Of a DNA stretch of 64,000 nt, positions 19,806 to 29,077 are shown piece by piece. The position numbers and the translations under genes were made by a program. Origin of the DNA: a virus (Duplodnaviria > Caudoviricetes); IMG/VR virus record IMGVR_UViG_3300009502_000047, positions 2,241 to 66,240 of that record; one strand, 5' to 3'. Position 1 is the first letter of the stretch. Every line of letters starts with the position of its first letter. Under the pieces are notes generated by a model. That model was not told the DNA's origin. It searched no databases and worked only from the letters and a program-made list of their open reading frames with translations.

Positions 19806-19829
19806 GTAATTTTGCTGACGCAAAATTAC
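19806..19829. repeat. Inverted repeat GTAATTTTGC-TGAC-GCAAAATTAC
   Basis: Perfect 10-bp arms; related copies at 26264 and 26304. Confidence 0.8.
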
Positions 19830-19843
19830 TTAAAAAGAGTGGC

Positions 19844-19882
19844 GGCCCAACTATTAGGAGGGAAGTTTCACAATTTCCCTCC
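19844..19882 (-). terminator. Hairpin element after the portal gene, repeated near 60163
   Basis: ggcccaactattaggagggaagtttcacaatttccctcc; GGAGGGAA/TTCCCTCC stem; terminator role is inferred. Confidence 0.4.
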
Positions 19883-19894
19883 AGGCCAATTAAC

Positions 19895-21433
19895 TTAATA
19901 TTTATTGACAATGGCTTGTCCACTATCCGTAGAATGTTGATTATCTGAATGAGGAGTCTGACTATACTTATCAGACTGAGGGCCAGTGGTATTGGCTACC
20001 TTACCAGTCCCAGTTGAACCACCCACATTATTAATGCCCATCTTCTGTGCAGCAATATTAACTATATTCTTCCTCTGATCTTCGGCTAGAGGAGCATAAT
20101 CATCAACTGCTCTGATTTCGTCCTCGGTATAAACACCAATTCCTGCCATAACTGCTTCTTGCCTATATCTCTCTAACTTAGTGTTAGCCAGCTCAAACTT
20201 TAACTTGGCTTCCAATAAATCAACCGGATATCTTGCATTAATTAACAGTAATCTCTTCTTAATGTTGTCAATGATAACATCCAAGATATTGTTGGCTGTA
20301 GCAATGACTTTAACTGCCATGTAATTAGACACAATCAATTCGCTTGCATATGAATTACTGGATGATCCAGTTACAATTGACTTGGGCACACCAGTTGCAC
20401 CCCAAAGCTGATCGGTTATTTGTAGGATGATGTCATTCGGAGCCATATAGTTTGACGAGGAATGCTCAATAGGAGTTATCTTGATAGCAGAGGTAGTTAC
20501 ATATCCCTGATCTGGTACTTTGTCTTCAAGTGCCTTGGCATATGCCGCAATCATGTTATTAACTGCAGATTGAGCAGCAACCATCTTCTCATCCTTGGTA
20601 CCCACGAATTTGTCTAGGGTAAACATCTCCATATCCAGCGTATGATGATCCCTTGGTACATTTGACCATCTCCAAAGTATATCTATGATGGTAATCTGTC
20701 GTTTCTGCCACACTGGAATAACAGCCCTCTTTAACGGCGAAACAGCATATAAACCAAATGTCTGCCTGCCCCTCAAATCAAAGCAATGAACAGGAGTCTC
20801 CTTGTACTTAACTATGTAAAACTTTTCCTTGGGTATTATACGTTGATACTGACTCCATCCTTCAAGCACAATTAGGTAATTAGACTGGGTCATCTTGATA
20901 TTAGGGTCACCAGTCCCATCAATCCTATTTAAATTATCAACAATGGTAATATCTTTGTTGGGCAAGATAGTTAATGACAAATCATCCAGTATCTCAAGAT
21001 ATAATTGTCCTTGGGTATGAACTATCTCCGCATATACCTCAATGATACCTTTAATCTTTAAATTCTTCTTCATCTGGTTAGCTGCATTGACCATCTCATC
21101 AGCCAGATTCTCATCATAATTTATGTTGGATAAAAGAGCATCCGGCAAGTCCTTCAGCTTCTTTGATTTATCATAGATGAAGTATTGGAAAGATTCAGCC
21201 ACCATCGTACTGAATTTATCAACAGAAGCCCCGATTTCAGCCTCTCTCATATATAATTCTTCATAAATCTCCTCCTCAGTCATCTGCTCAAATCTAGACT
21301 TACTAATTAAGAAGTTAGCCAACTGTGAGGTTATGTTACGACTGGCTGTCATCCCGCCCTGCATATTATAGCCCATAGTTCCGGCAGCAAAGGCTTTGGT
21401 AATGACTGATTTAGCCCTGTTATATAATCCCAT
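19895..21433 (-). CDS. Portal protein
   Basis: 512 aa after terminase; GLYAVSPL, ATGVPKSIV...SNSYAS and TEDEIRAVDDYAPL portal-type motifs. Confidence 0.85.
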   Translation of the reverse strand: MGLYNRAKSVITKAFAAGTMGYNMQGGMTASRNITSQLANFLISKSRFEQMTEEEIYEELYMREAEIGASVDKFSTMVAESFQYFIYDKSKKLKDLPDALLSNINYDENLADEMVNAANQMKKNLKIKGIIEVYAEIVHTQGQLYLEILDDLSLTILPNKDITIVDNLNRIDGTGDPNIKMTQSNYLIVLEGWSQYQRIIPKEKFYIVKYKETPVHCFDLRGRQTFGLYAVSPLKRAVIPVWQKRQITIIDILWRWSNVPRDHHTLDMEMFTLDKFVGTKDEKMVAAQSAVNNMIAAYAKALEDKVPDQGYVTTSAIKITPIEHSSSNYMAPNDIILQITDQLWGATGVPKSIVTGSSSNSYASELIVSNYMAVKVIATANNILDVIIDNIKKRLLLINARYPVDLLEAKLKFELANTKLERYRQEAVMAGIGVYTEDEIRAVDDYAPLAEDQRKNIVNIAAQKMGINNVGGSTGTGKVANTTGPQSDKYSQTPHSDNQHSTDSGQAIVNKY

Positions 21434-21588
21434 TATCTATGTCCTCCATGTTTTACAGCCATAATGACTGATTTAGCCCATGTTCTATACTTGTCCTTGA
21501 CCTTTACATCAAGAGATGTGAATTCACCGACATTGTTTGCTAGAAAAATCATCTCTGCAATTGTCTCATGTAAGTTATTATCTACCAT
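21433..21588 (-). CDS. Small hypothetical protein (51 aa)
   Basis: Read manually: MVDNNLHETIAEMIFLANNVGEF...; fills the terminase-portal gap with TAATG coupling. Confidence 0.55.
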   Translation of the reverse strand: MVDNNLHETIAEMIFLANNVGEFTSLDVKVKDKYRTWAKSVIMAVKHGGHR

Positions 21589-21590
21589 TG

Positions 21591-24500
21591 TCATACTACC
21601 TGAAAACCCATTACCATGGGAGTTAAATTTTCCAATTCAAAGTTGTCCATAAACCATATTACATTTGCCACACAGTCTGCTATATCTTTCGAGTTATGCA
21701 CAAAAACACCAGATAATAAGCCAAAGTTATTCCATCTCTCAACTTCTAAATCATAAACCGGGATTGCATAATCCAGATATATATTAATCTTAAATATGAC
21801 TATGTGGTTATCACCCGTTGTTTCATGCATAAATTTAGCCCATGAATCAAAGTTATTTTCTCGTAGCACCCTCATAATTACATTTCTATCACAATTCAAC
21901 ATTTTAGATGCCTGATGTGGATTTAATGCTCCCTTACATTTTGCCTCCTCTAATGAAGATATGTCAATATCCCTAAATTCATAGTAACCATCTCCACCAA
22001 TCTGGTGAATTCTACATGGCATTAACCTATCAAGTTCAGGGACTATGTCTTTGGCTGCCTTATAAGTACCATCTCTCATCATAATTGGATGTTCAGGAGT
22101 ACATTTGAATGATGCTCCCGAGTCCAGTACAATCTCAATAAGTTCATTGACATATTTGGTTAACTTACCCTTTGCATAACCGGGAACCAACCTACCATCA
22201 GGAGTACATGACATAACCCATATGGTTTTATCCTGTAACTCTGAGATTGTGGGACAACTTCCATCTAATGCCCTGATTCTGGTTTCTCCAACAAAACAAC
22301 CACTGTAAGGGTGATCGACTTTTGGCTTACGAGGATTGTTAATGACCAACAAATCCTCAGCTTCTCTTTTTAACTCCTCATCTTCCACCACCATGACCTT
22401 AAAGTCACCTTCCTCCGAATTCTGAAGTTCTCTCCATCTGTCATAATCTTCCTTCTCCACAATATGTTTTTGAGCAGTAATACCAAATTTTTCTTCTACC
22501 TTCTCAATTATTTCTGGAAACATCCAAGTGTCAAAGACCAATTCATTAATATTTAATTTGGGAATTGCCCTTTCCATAAATGACCATATATCACTTGGCT
22601 TTATGTACGAAGCACCATCGTCCTTGGTAAACTTAATGGCTCCATCCACAACATACAAATGTTCGTCCTGATATCCACAGGACATTCCAAACCCATCATT
22701 TTTAACTGCAGGATCAATAGCCATAACTCTGCTTCTCATAGTTCGGTTAACCCGGAAGTCTGAGCGTAGAACATTAGTCATCTTGGTCATGACAATACCT
22801 TCGGGGAACTGCATACCACCCGTCATCTCCGGGGCACACGCAAAGTCCCTATAAAATGCCCCCATATCTCCCTTAGCTCTATATTCAGCTTTCAGTCCTT
22901 CCTCTGATAAGTGGGGATTCATTTCCCATGACTTATATAAGACTGAAACAGTATGTGGAGCACTTAATCCCTGCTTATATAGCGTCATCATGATTCCAGT
23001 GGGAGTCTGGGGTGAAGAACAAGCTAAAACATGCCCATCAAAGCCAAGAGTAGCCGTGGACTTACTCAACCTCGTATAAATTTCCCAAGCACCTCGTCTG
23101 GATTCAGTTTGCTCAAAGAGGTCTAATTCATCAAAGACTACAAGCTTACTGGTACGACCTACGGCAGTATTGGCCCATGAACCCAGAACTTCAGCATGGA
23201 CATGCTTATCGTTGCAGTTGATACGCCCCTTATAGAAGTCGGTATTAGTCCAACTGCTAATCCACTCGTTAGACTCCAGCATATTGTACATGTTGCTGTA
23301 AACACCATCTTCAGCAAGTTCCGTGGACGTTGCTACCCCAATGATGAAGATTTTTTGGTTCTTAAGTAAGTTGTAATGGACAGAAGGACTTTCCAAAGTA
23401 CAGATGTCAAAGAATTCATAGGCCATTATCATACTGGCAAGAGCGGTCTTCCCAGAGTTATGCGAGACAATACCATTAGATATAAATTCATGATAACCGG
23501 GAACATGAACATCATAAAGTATTTCATCATTACACTGTTCAATGCTTACTATTTCATCATAGAATAAATGATTATAACGAACCCATTTAAGATATTCAAC
23601 AGCATTATGTTTACCATCAAAATAATCAATGATTTTATCTAATATAAAATAAGTTATTCCACTGGCTTTGGGTGTATTCTTACGAAGGTTGCCATAACAT
23701 TGATGTCTGATTTCTTCCCAACCTTCACTATCAACTACACTTTCACGTTTCATTTTACGAAGTAACTTATGTAAATGGGGTATTTTGTCAACCTGACTGG
23801 TAGACTTTAAACTTGGTTCTTTTATCTTTCTTGGAAGCGTAAAACCTATTTTATCATAGAATAAACGAGCAGCATCATGATAGATAGTTAAGCACCAACA
23901 ATATGATTTTTCTCCATTTTGACGAGTGTACTTAATAGATTTATATCTTACTGATGATATAATACCATATTGAGTAACTAATATATTTTGAACCTGTTTT
24001 ATTAATTTCTCACTTGTACAGTCAAGATGAACTGAAGAACCATTATTTAATATATAACCATCTGTATCAAATAATCCCTGTAAAAATGCAGTTATCTCAT
24101 TTATAGAACCATTAAGTATTGAATTAGGTACTGTTTTATTATATGAACCAACATAATCTAGGTCAAGTTGTTCTCTGGCTACTTTGCTATTTACTCGTAA
24201 GTCAACTGTACAGCCATTTTTTTTACCATTGTATCTCAATGGAACCAAATTAAATTTTTCCTTTACAATAGATGTAAAATCAGATATTAATCTCTCATCG
24301 GCAGAGGTAAATGTAAATGAGTTTTTTCTTGCCATTGTATAGCAACCATCACCTACAAGTAATCCCAGCAATCTGGCAATACGTAAGTCACCTATGGGTT
24401 TCCATGATCCATTGGGTGTTTTACGTGATATACATACAAAATCACCCACTTTTAATTCAGGTAATTTCTGCCAGACATGATCACCATGACTATTCATCAC

Positions 24501-24956
24501 TAATACAGGATGTTTATGTGAACCCTTTAACTCATAACCATATCTTGTTTTAAATTTGATAATTGGTTGAGAATCCTGTTCTATTTTATGAGTATAATCA
24601 TACATGCCAAATCGAGTTAAGATACTTCCAGATTCATCTATGTCTTTGATTTGTTGAATGCCTTCCTTGGTATAAACTAATGTATCCCCAGTGACGCATC
24701 TCATCCCACAACACATATGTAAATACTTGTTTGGAGGCAGGGATGGGTCGTATTTTTGCTGATAAAATCTACGGGCTATATCAGCCTGAACTGGAAATAA
24801 TTCATTGCCCAGTACCTCGGTCATAAACCAGACAGGATCTTGTCTACCTTTCAGCACAGTCCTCATGTACTGGAAGTAGTCTTTGCCGTCTAAGGTTTCG
24901 CCTTTAGTAACTTCGCATTCTGTTTGTCTAGTATCTCGATTATTTTTCCTCGGCAT
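21591..24956 (-). CDS. terL: Terminase large subunit with two inteins
   Basis: Spliced Walker A CGMR/SGKT, Walker B VVFDE, nuclease AIDPA and C-terminal SG/SKDIAD; extein about 505 aa. Confidence 0.92.
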   Translation of the reverse strand: MPRKNNRDTRQTECEVTKGETLDGKDYFQYMRTVLKGRQDPVWFMTEVLGNELFPVQADIARRFYQQKYDPSLPPNKYLHMCCGMRCVTGDTLVYTKEGIQQIKDIDESGSILTRFGMYDYTHKIEQDSQPIIKFKTRYGYELKGSHKHPVLVMNSHGDHVWQKLPELKVGDFVCISRKTPNGSWKPIGDLRIARLLGLLVGDGCYTMARKNSFTFTSADERLISDFTSIVKEKFNLVPLRYNGKKNGCTVDLRVNSKVAREQLDLDYVGSYNKTVPNSILNGSINEITAFLQGLFDTDGYILNNGSSVHLDCTSEKLIKQVQNILVTQYGIISSVRYKSIKYTRQNGEKSYCWCLTIYHDAARLFYDKIGFTLPRKIKEPSLKSTSQVDKIPHLHKLLRKMKRESVVDSEGWEEIRHQCYGNLRKNTPKASGITYFILDKIIDYFDGKHNAVEYLKWVRYNHLFYDEIVSIEQCNDEILYDVHVPGYHEFISNGIVSHNSGKTALASMIMAYEFFDICTLESPSVHYNLLKNQKIFIIGVATSTELAEDGVYSNMYNMLESNEWISSWTNTDFYKGRINCNDKHVHAEVLGSWANTAVGRTSKLVVFDELDLFEQTESRRGAWEIYTRLSKSTATLGFDGHVLACSSPQTPTGIMMTLYKQGLSAPHTVSVLYKSWEMNPHLSEEGLKAEYRAKGDMGAFYRDFACAPEMTGGMQFPEGIVMTKMTNVLRSDFRVNRTMRSRVMAIDPAVKNDGFGMSCGYQDEHLYVVDGAIKFTKDDGASYIKPSDIWSFMERAIPKLNINELVFDTWMFPEIIEKVEEKFGITAQKHIVEKEDYDRWRELQNSEEGDFKVMVVEDEELKREAEDLLVINNPRKPKVDHPYSGCFVGETRIRALDGSCPTISELQDKTIWVMSCTPDGRLVPGYAKGKLTKYVNELIEIVLDSGASFKCTPEHPIMMRDGTYKAAKDIVPELDRLMPCRIHQIGGDGYYEFRDIDISSLEEAKCKGALNPHQASKMLNCDRNVIMRVLRENNFDSWAKFMHETTGDNHIVIFKINIYLDYAIPVYDLEVERWNNFGLLSGVFVHNSKDIADCVANVIWFMDNFELENLTPMVMGFQVV
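21693..22298 (-). mobile_element. Short intein (202 aa) in the terminase nuclease domain
   Basis: Starts CFVGET, block B CTPEHP, ends VYDLEV...VFVHN followed by Ser. Confidence 0.9.
23457..24698 (-). mobile_element. Intein with LAGLIDADG homing endonuclease (414 aa) in terminase Walker A
   Basis: Starts CVTGDT; LLGLLVGDG and FLQGLFDTDG; ends IVSHN followed by Ser. Confidence 0.95.
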
Positions 24957-25399
24957 TTAGTACAAACTCCATTTACAATGACCTCTGTGAGCATCATATA
25001 ATTATTTTTGATTAGGGTAATCTGCTGTGTGGTATTACCCTCATTAAATCTGCCTTGTAATTCAGCAATCGTCTTGATAGTCTCCCTAGCCTCCTTAGAT
25101 AATTTAACGCATAGTTCAATTGAGTTTCTATCAAGTCGCCCAGTACCTACAACGGTATCAGTCCATTCCCTGACATTGTTGAAGATACGAAGTAACTCAT
25201 TCATGACCATATCTGGAGACGTTAACTCACCAGTTACTTCATCTTCAATTATCTCATGGTTATTTACGTGGTCATTTATAGCATCAAATGACATATTGAA
25301 GAAGAGAGCAGCCTCTCCAACGCTCTGGTTGCCCATTACTATATTACGTGTCCAAGTTCTACCAAGAGCCTTGGCATCACACATTGGGCAATTGGTCAT
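24890..25399 (-). CDS. Putative terminase small subunit
   Basis: Directly upstream of terL; CxxC, HTH-like segment, helical C-terminus. Confidence 0.6.
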   Translation of the reverse strand: MTNCPMCDAKALGRTWTRNIVMGNQSVGEAALFFNMSFDAINDHVNNHEIIEDEVTGELTSPDMVMNELLRIFNNVREWTDTVVGTGRLDRNSIELCVKLSKEARETIKTIAELQGRFNEGNTTQQITLIKNNYMMLTEVIVNGVCTKCRGKIIEILDKQNAKLLKAKP

Positions 25400-25617
25400 T
25401 TACGCCCAACAACCTGTGGAGTGAATAAACCTACGAAGATACCAATAGTCGTTGATAAGGTAGATGTGATGAAAATAGGCACATCCTTGCCAATTATAAC
25501 CACATAAATTCCACAAAATAAAGCTGATAAGATAACTGCTGCAAGCACACCCACAGAGATAACGATAAACTTAATATCTGTGGTGCTAGTTGGCAGTTCT
25601 TTTTCCAAATCTTCCAT
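25396..25617 (-). CDS. Small two-TM membrane protein (holin-like?)
   Basis: 73 aa with two hydrophobic segments. Confidence 0.5.
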   Translation of the reverse strand: MEDLEKELPTSTTDIKFIVISVGVLAAVILSALFCGIYVVIIGKDVPIFITSTLSTTIGIFVGLFTPQVVGRK

Positions 25618-25637
25618 ATATCTAAATACTTGTCGTT

Positions 25638-25650
25638 TACCACTATAAAA
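25638..25650 (-). promoter_or_regulatory. Putative late promoter (TTTTATAGTGGTA)
   Basis: About 33 nt upstream of ATG 25617; identical to 19755-19767. Confidence 0.65.
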
Positions 25651-25654
25651 AAGT

Positions 25655-26239
25655 TTATGGAGATATTTTAACAGACCGCTTAAGGGTCATGTTACCAACA
25701 CCCATCAATCTTGACGTTGATTGGTTGAGCATTGATGTACCTTTGAATGACCACTCACTATGGCCTATGTCTCCTATTCCATTACCGCTCATCTCTACAT
25801 TATATAGAGTGCCCGGTTTCCCACTCGTATAGAAGTCAGCGTTATTACCTACGAAGTTAGATGTCTGCGTAGAACCACTGCCACTCGTTAATTTATCTAT
25901 GTCCTTTGCTGAAGACAGACCACACTGGTTGGTTGGTGCTGTTTTAACATGTGTTGAACTCTGTGCATCATAAAGCAAGGCATTACCCTTTGATTTAACA
26001 GCACTTTCTGACTCACCTGTAGAAGTGTCCAGATACTTGCTGAACTCTGCTCCACCAGTTGCCAAGCCGCTTGCCGCATGGTCAGTCTCATCATAGGAGT
26101 TATTTCCCTTATTTACATTCACAACATTATCCATATATATGACAGTGTCACCCTTTGCACTGGACATGATTAATGATGCCTGTGAAAGAGCAACAACTGC
26201 CATAATTAATAGGCTGAAAGTTAGTATTTCTTTAAACAT
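25655..26239 (-). CDS. Secreted Ser/Gly-rich protein
   Basis: N-terminal signal peptide MFKEILTFSLLIMAVVALSQA. Confidence 0.7.
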   Translation of the reverse strand: MFKEILTFSLLIMAVVALSQASLIMSSAKGDTVIYMDNVVNVNKGNNSYDETDHAASGLATGGAEFSKYLDTSTGESESAVKSKGNALLYDAQSSTHVKTAPTNQCGLSSAKDIDKLTSGSGSTQTSNFVGNNADFYTSGKPGTLYNVEMSGNGIGDIGHSEWSFKGTSMLNQSTSRLMGVGNMTLKRSVKISP

Positions 26240-26263
26240 AGTGTTCCACCACCAAGTTATTAC

Positions 26264-26325
26264 GTAATTTTACTTCGTAAAATTACTCCAGAATAATACC
26301 GGAGTAATTTTCGTTAGAAAATTAC
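26264..26325. repeat. Two tandem GTAATTTT...AAAATTAC inverted repeats
   Basis: 26264-26286 and 26304-26325. Confidence 0.8.
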
Positions 26326-26590
26326 GGAGTTATCCAAATTAGCTGTAAAAGCCAATTTTTCATCATATTATGGGATTATTGGTTACCCCATACGAGTAAC
26401 ACGTATATATATATTGCTACCAGTATAGTAAACTTTTTTAAGCCAAGTTTTTTGTGTTGGGTTGTTTGGGTAGTTTTTGGATGTACTTAAGGTATTTAGT
26501 GTTTTTGTGTAATTGTGTTAGGAAATTACGGAGTATATAAGACTTTCTATCCAATTTGTGGATTTTTTGGATTCACTTACTGCTACCTGT

Positions 26591-26598
26591 TTTATATA
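26591..26598 (+). promoter_or_regulatory. TATA box of rightward (early) operon 1
   Basis: TTTATATA at the start of the plus-strand gene block. Confidence 0.55.
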
Positions 26599-26624
26599 TC
26601 TATTATTGAGCATTATCTGCTTTT

Positions 26625-26880
26625 TTCTTCCGTGACGGAAGAAGAGATGACAGTGAATGCTCATCTGCCGTGAGGTATTCACGGTACCCCATGGAGGTGA
26701 AAATAACAGGGCAATAAGAATTGAAGATGAGTAGGGGTCAAACCCTATCATCCTTTAGTCCAGCATGACGTTAAACTGCTAGGCTGGGACAATACGATTG
26801 CGATACATTCGTACTACGACCCCTGATTACCCAGCCGACTACCACTGTTAGAAGTCGCCTCTCTAGCAGTGGCTTCGCCC
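26625..26880 (+). ncRNA. Candidate structured RNA / 5' leader
   Basis: At least six stems beginning about 27 nt after the TATA box. Confidence 0.4.
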
Positions 26881-27122
26881 CAGAGGTGAGATGTCAGTCA
26901 TGCCATGACTATAAACAGGCAGGTGTAATCCCACCATTTCCACCAATGAAGGGGCACAATCAAAGGTGTAAGACTATGTTACAATATAAAATAGAAGTGG
27001 TTCTTCAGAATGGAGAACCAGCCAACCTCTATGCACCAGATGCATATGAGGCCCAGTGTATAGCAGAAGAATTCGCATCGGCACGAGTTGTGCCCATAGT
27101 AATAGCATGGTAGATGATATCA

Positions 27123-27278
27123 ATGTACTATAAAATTGAAGCGTTATTTGGTGAAGTTGTTGAGTCAGTCAATACACTAACATTAACAGATGCAGAGGTA
27201 GAGGAACAAGACTTCCTGCTTGCAGGGGCAGAAGTACAAGTGTACAAAATGTATGGGGTGATGCCCTGTGCATTCTAA
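27123..27278 (+). CDS. Small hypothetical protein
   Basis: Read manually: MYYKIEALFGEVVES...; resembles the preceding ORF (LQYKIEVV...). Confidence 0.5.
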   Translation: MYYKIEALFGEVVESVNTLTLTDAEVEEQDFLLAGAEVQVYKMYGVMPCAF

Positions 27279-27478
27279 AGTAAAGCAAGATGAAATCAAG
27301 TCATATGCCATTAAGTTGGCAGTAGGTCATGGGCTGATGACATATAAGATGTCATCACTCCCCAAGTTCTATTCAGATATCAGGAAATCAGTAAAGCACT
27401 ATCCTGATATTAGTGATGCAGAGATAGCAATCGAACTGACAAAGATCATGTTTGACCGCATAAAGATGGGATGGTAAC

Positions 27479-27799
27479 ATGAAAACTAAAGTTGTAGAGG
27501 GAAAGGTAACGGCAATCACCGTTACTTTTGAAAGTATGACTCTATCAGTATCAGAGTATGTCTTCTTAAACAAAAAGTTTGGAGAATTCAAACTCGATTA
27601 TTATATCGATGGAATTATTAGCAGGTTGAGAAGCTACGAAAACAACACATATTGGATGGATAGCCCAGAAACCGTCCAAATGTGGACGGATGCCTGTAAG
27701 ATACAGGCAAGAATGATAGAGTCAATGAACTCTATCTCACAAAAAGGAGAGTGGAAAATAAAACATGAAAAGAATGGGATATGTGATACATATGAGTAA
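27479..27799 (+). CDS. Hypothetical early protein
   Basis: ORF in tightly packed plus-strand array. Confidence 0.55.
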   Translation: MKTKVVEGKVTAITVTFESMTLSVSEYVFLNKKFGEFKLDYYIDGIISRLRSYENNTYWMDSPETVQMWTDACKIQARMIESMNSISQKGEWKIKHEKNGICDTYE

Positions 27800-28837
27800 T
27801 TTCACTATCAAGCAAAGAGAGTTGATGATGATAATGTGGGACATTTTATGGGATGACCCACAGGAGTGGTACAAAGTACCAGATATCACTTCCCATAAAG
27901 CCCGTACATTGAGAGCATTGGAGAGGAAAGGATGGATAAGAGTACTGCACAGAACTGATACAGGTTGCCCCTGTGTCATACGCCCAAGATACCCAAAGTA
28001 GATGGGCCTCCTATTAGCACAACAGGCAATTAGCCTAAATGTGCATTCAATCAAAACACCTATTTTCACACAGGGACATCCGGGTTCACATACGGATGTC
28101 CTTCTACCCACCTGAGCACGTGGGTTACCAACTACTCAACAGGAGATAATCATGGTAGACCCATACGAAGCCAAACTCCGAAAGGAGTGGTGCCTCGGTA
28201 AGTTGCTGTATCTTAAGTCAGCAATGACACCAAAGCAAACCGAGTTAATCAGAAAACTGATTGAACTCGAGGGAACCCCATATTATTGGGGCGAGAGTGA
28301 TGACTTCAAAGACATAACTGTCAAAGAGTTACAGCAGAAATGCTTTAACTGCTGTTACTATGACAGTTACAGTGTTTATTATAGGGACGTGAAATAAAAT
28401 GGCAGAACTAATTGTACCGAATAACATGGCTTCGTCAGAAGTCGGAGTGCCCAGCAAAGGTGGGGCACTAAAAGTGTACTACAATGCGAACAACTATCGA
28501 CAATCTATTCGCACCATAGACAATGCGATACGACTACACAAGTACTTCTTTGAGGAGTACCAGAAGATACACGAGGTGAAGTAAATGACAGGGTATGTTC
28601 CGATGCAATATAACTCGGAAACAAAAAGGATGGAATTCATTCCGACAAAGACTGCTCTCAAAGCAGCAGTTAAGGCTGGGAGAGAACTCCCAGTCATCAA
28701 CCCCAATCATCAGGATGAATACAATCGAGCAGTTGCAGAAACTGTGGCTATAGTAGGGCCTGATCCCTACAAGAACCGCAAGTGGTACGCCACAGTCACA
28801 GTTGACTGTGAGGGATTTATTGTAACGGTGAAATAAA

Positions 28838-29077
28838 ATGGCAGAGAAATATAACGGATGGACAAACTATGAGACATGGGCGGTTAACCTGTGGCTCACT
28901 AATGATGCAGAAAGTTATAGATATTACTCTAAACTCTCTGTGGATGAGTTAAAAGAAGAAATAGAGAACAGTGCACCCACCAATGGGTGCTGTAATCTCT
29001 ATGCAGACTTGTTGAATTCGGCTCTTTCCAGTGTAAACTGGTATGAGATCGTTAAGTCATTTAGGAGTGATGAGTAA
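28838..29077 (+). CDS. Conserved viral hypothetical protein (YNGWTNYETW type)
   Basis: YNGWTNYETWAVNLW motif, which I recall from many phage small proteins. Confidence 0.65.
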   Translation: MAEKYNGWTNYETWAVNLWLTNDAESYRYYSKLSVDELKEEIENSAPTNGCCNLYADLLNSALSSVNWYEIVKSFRSDE

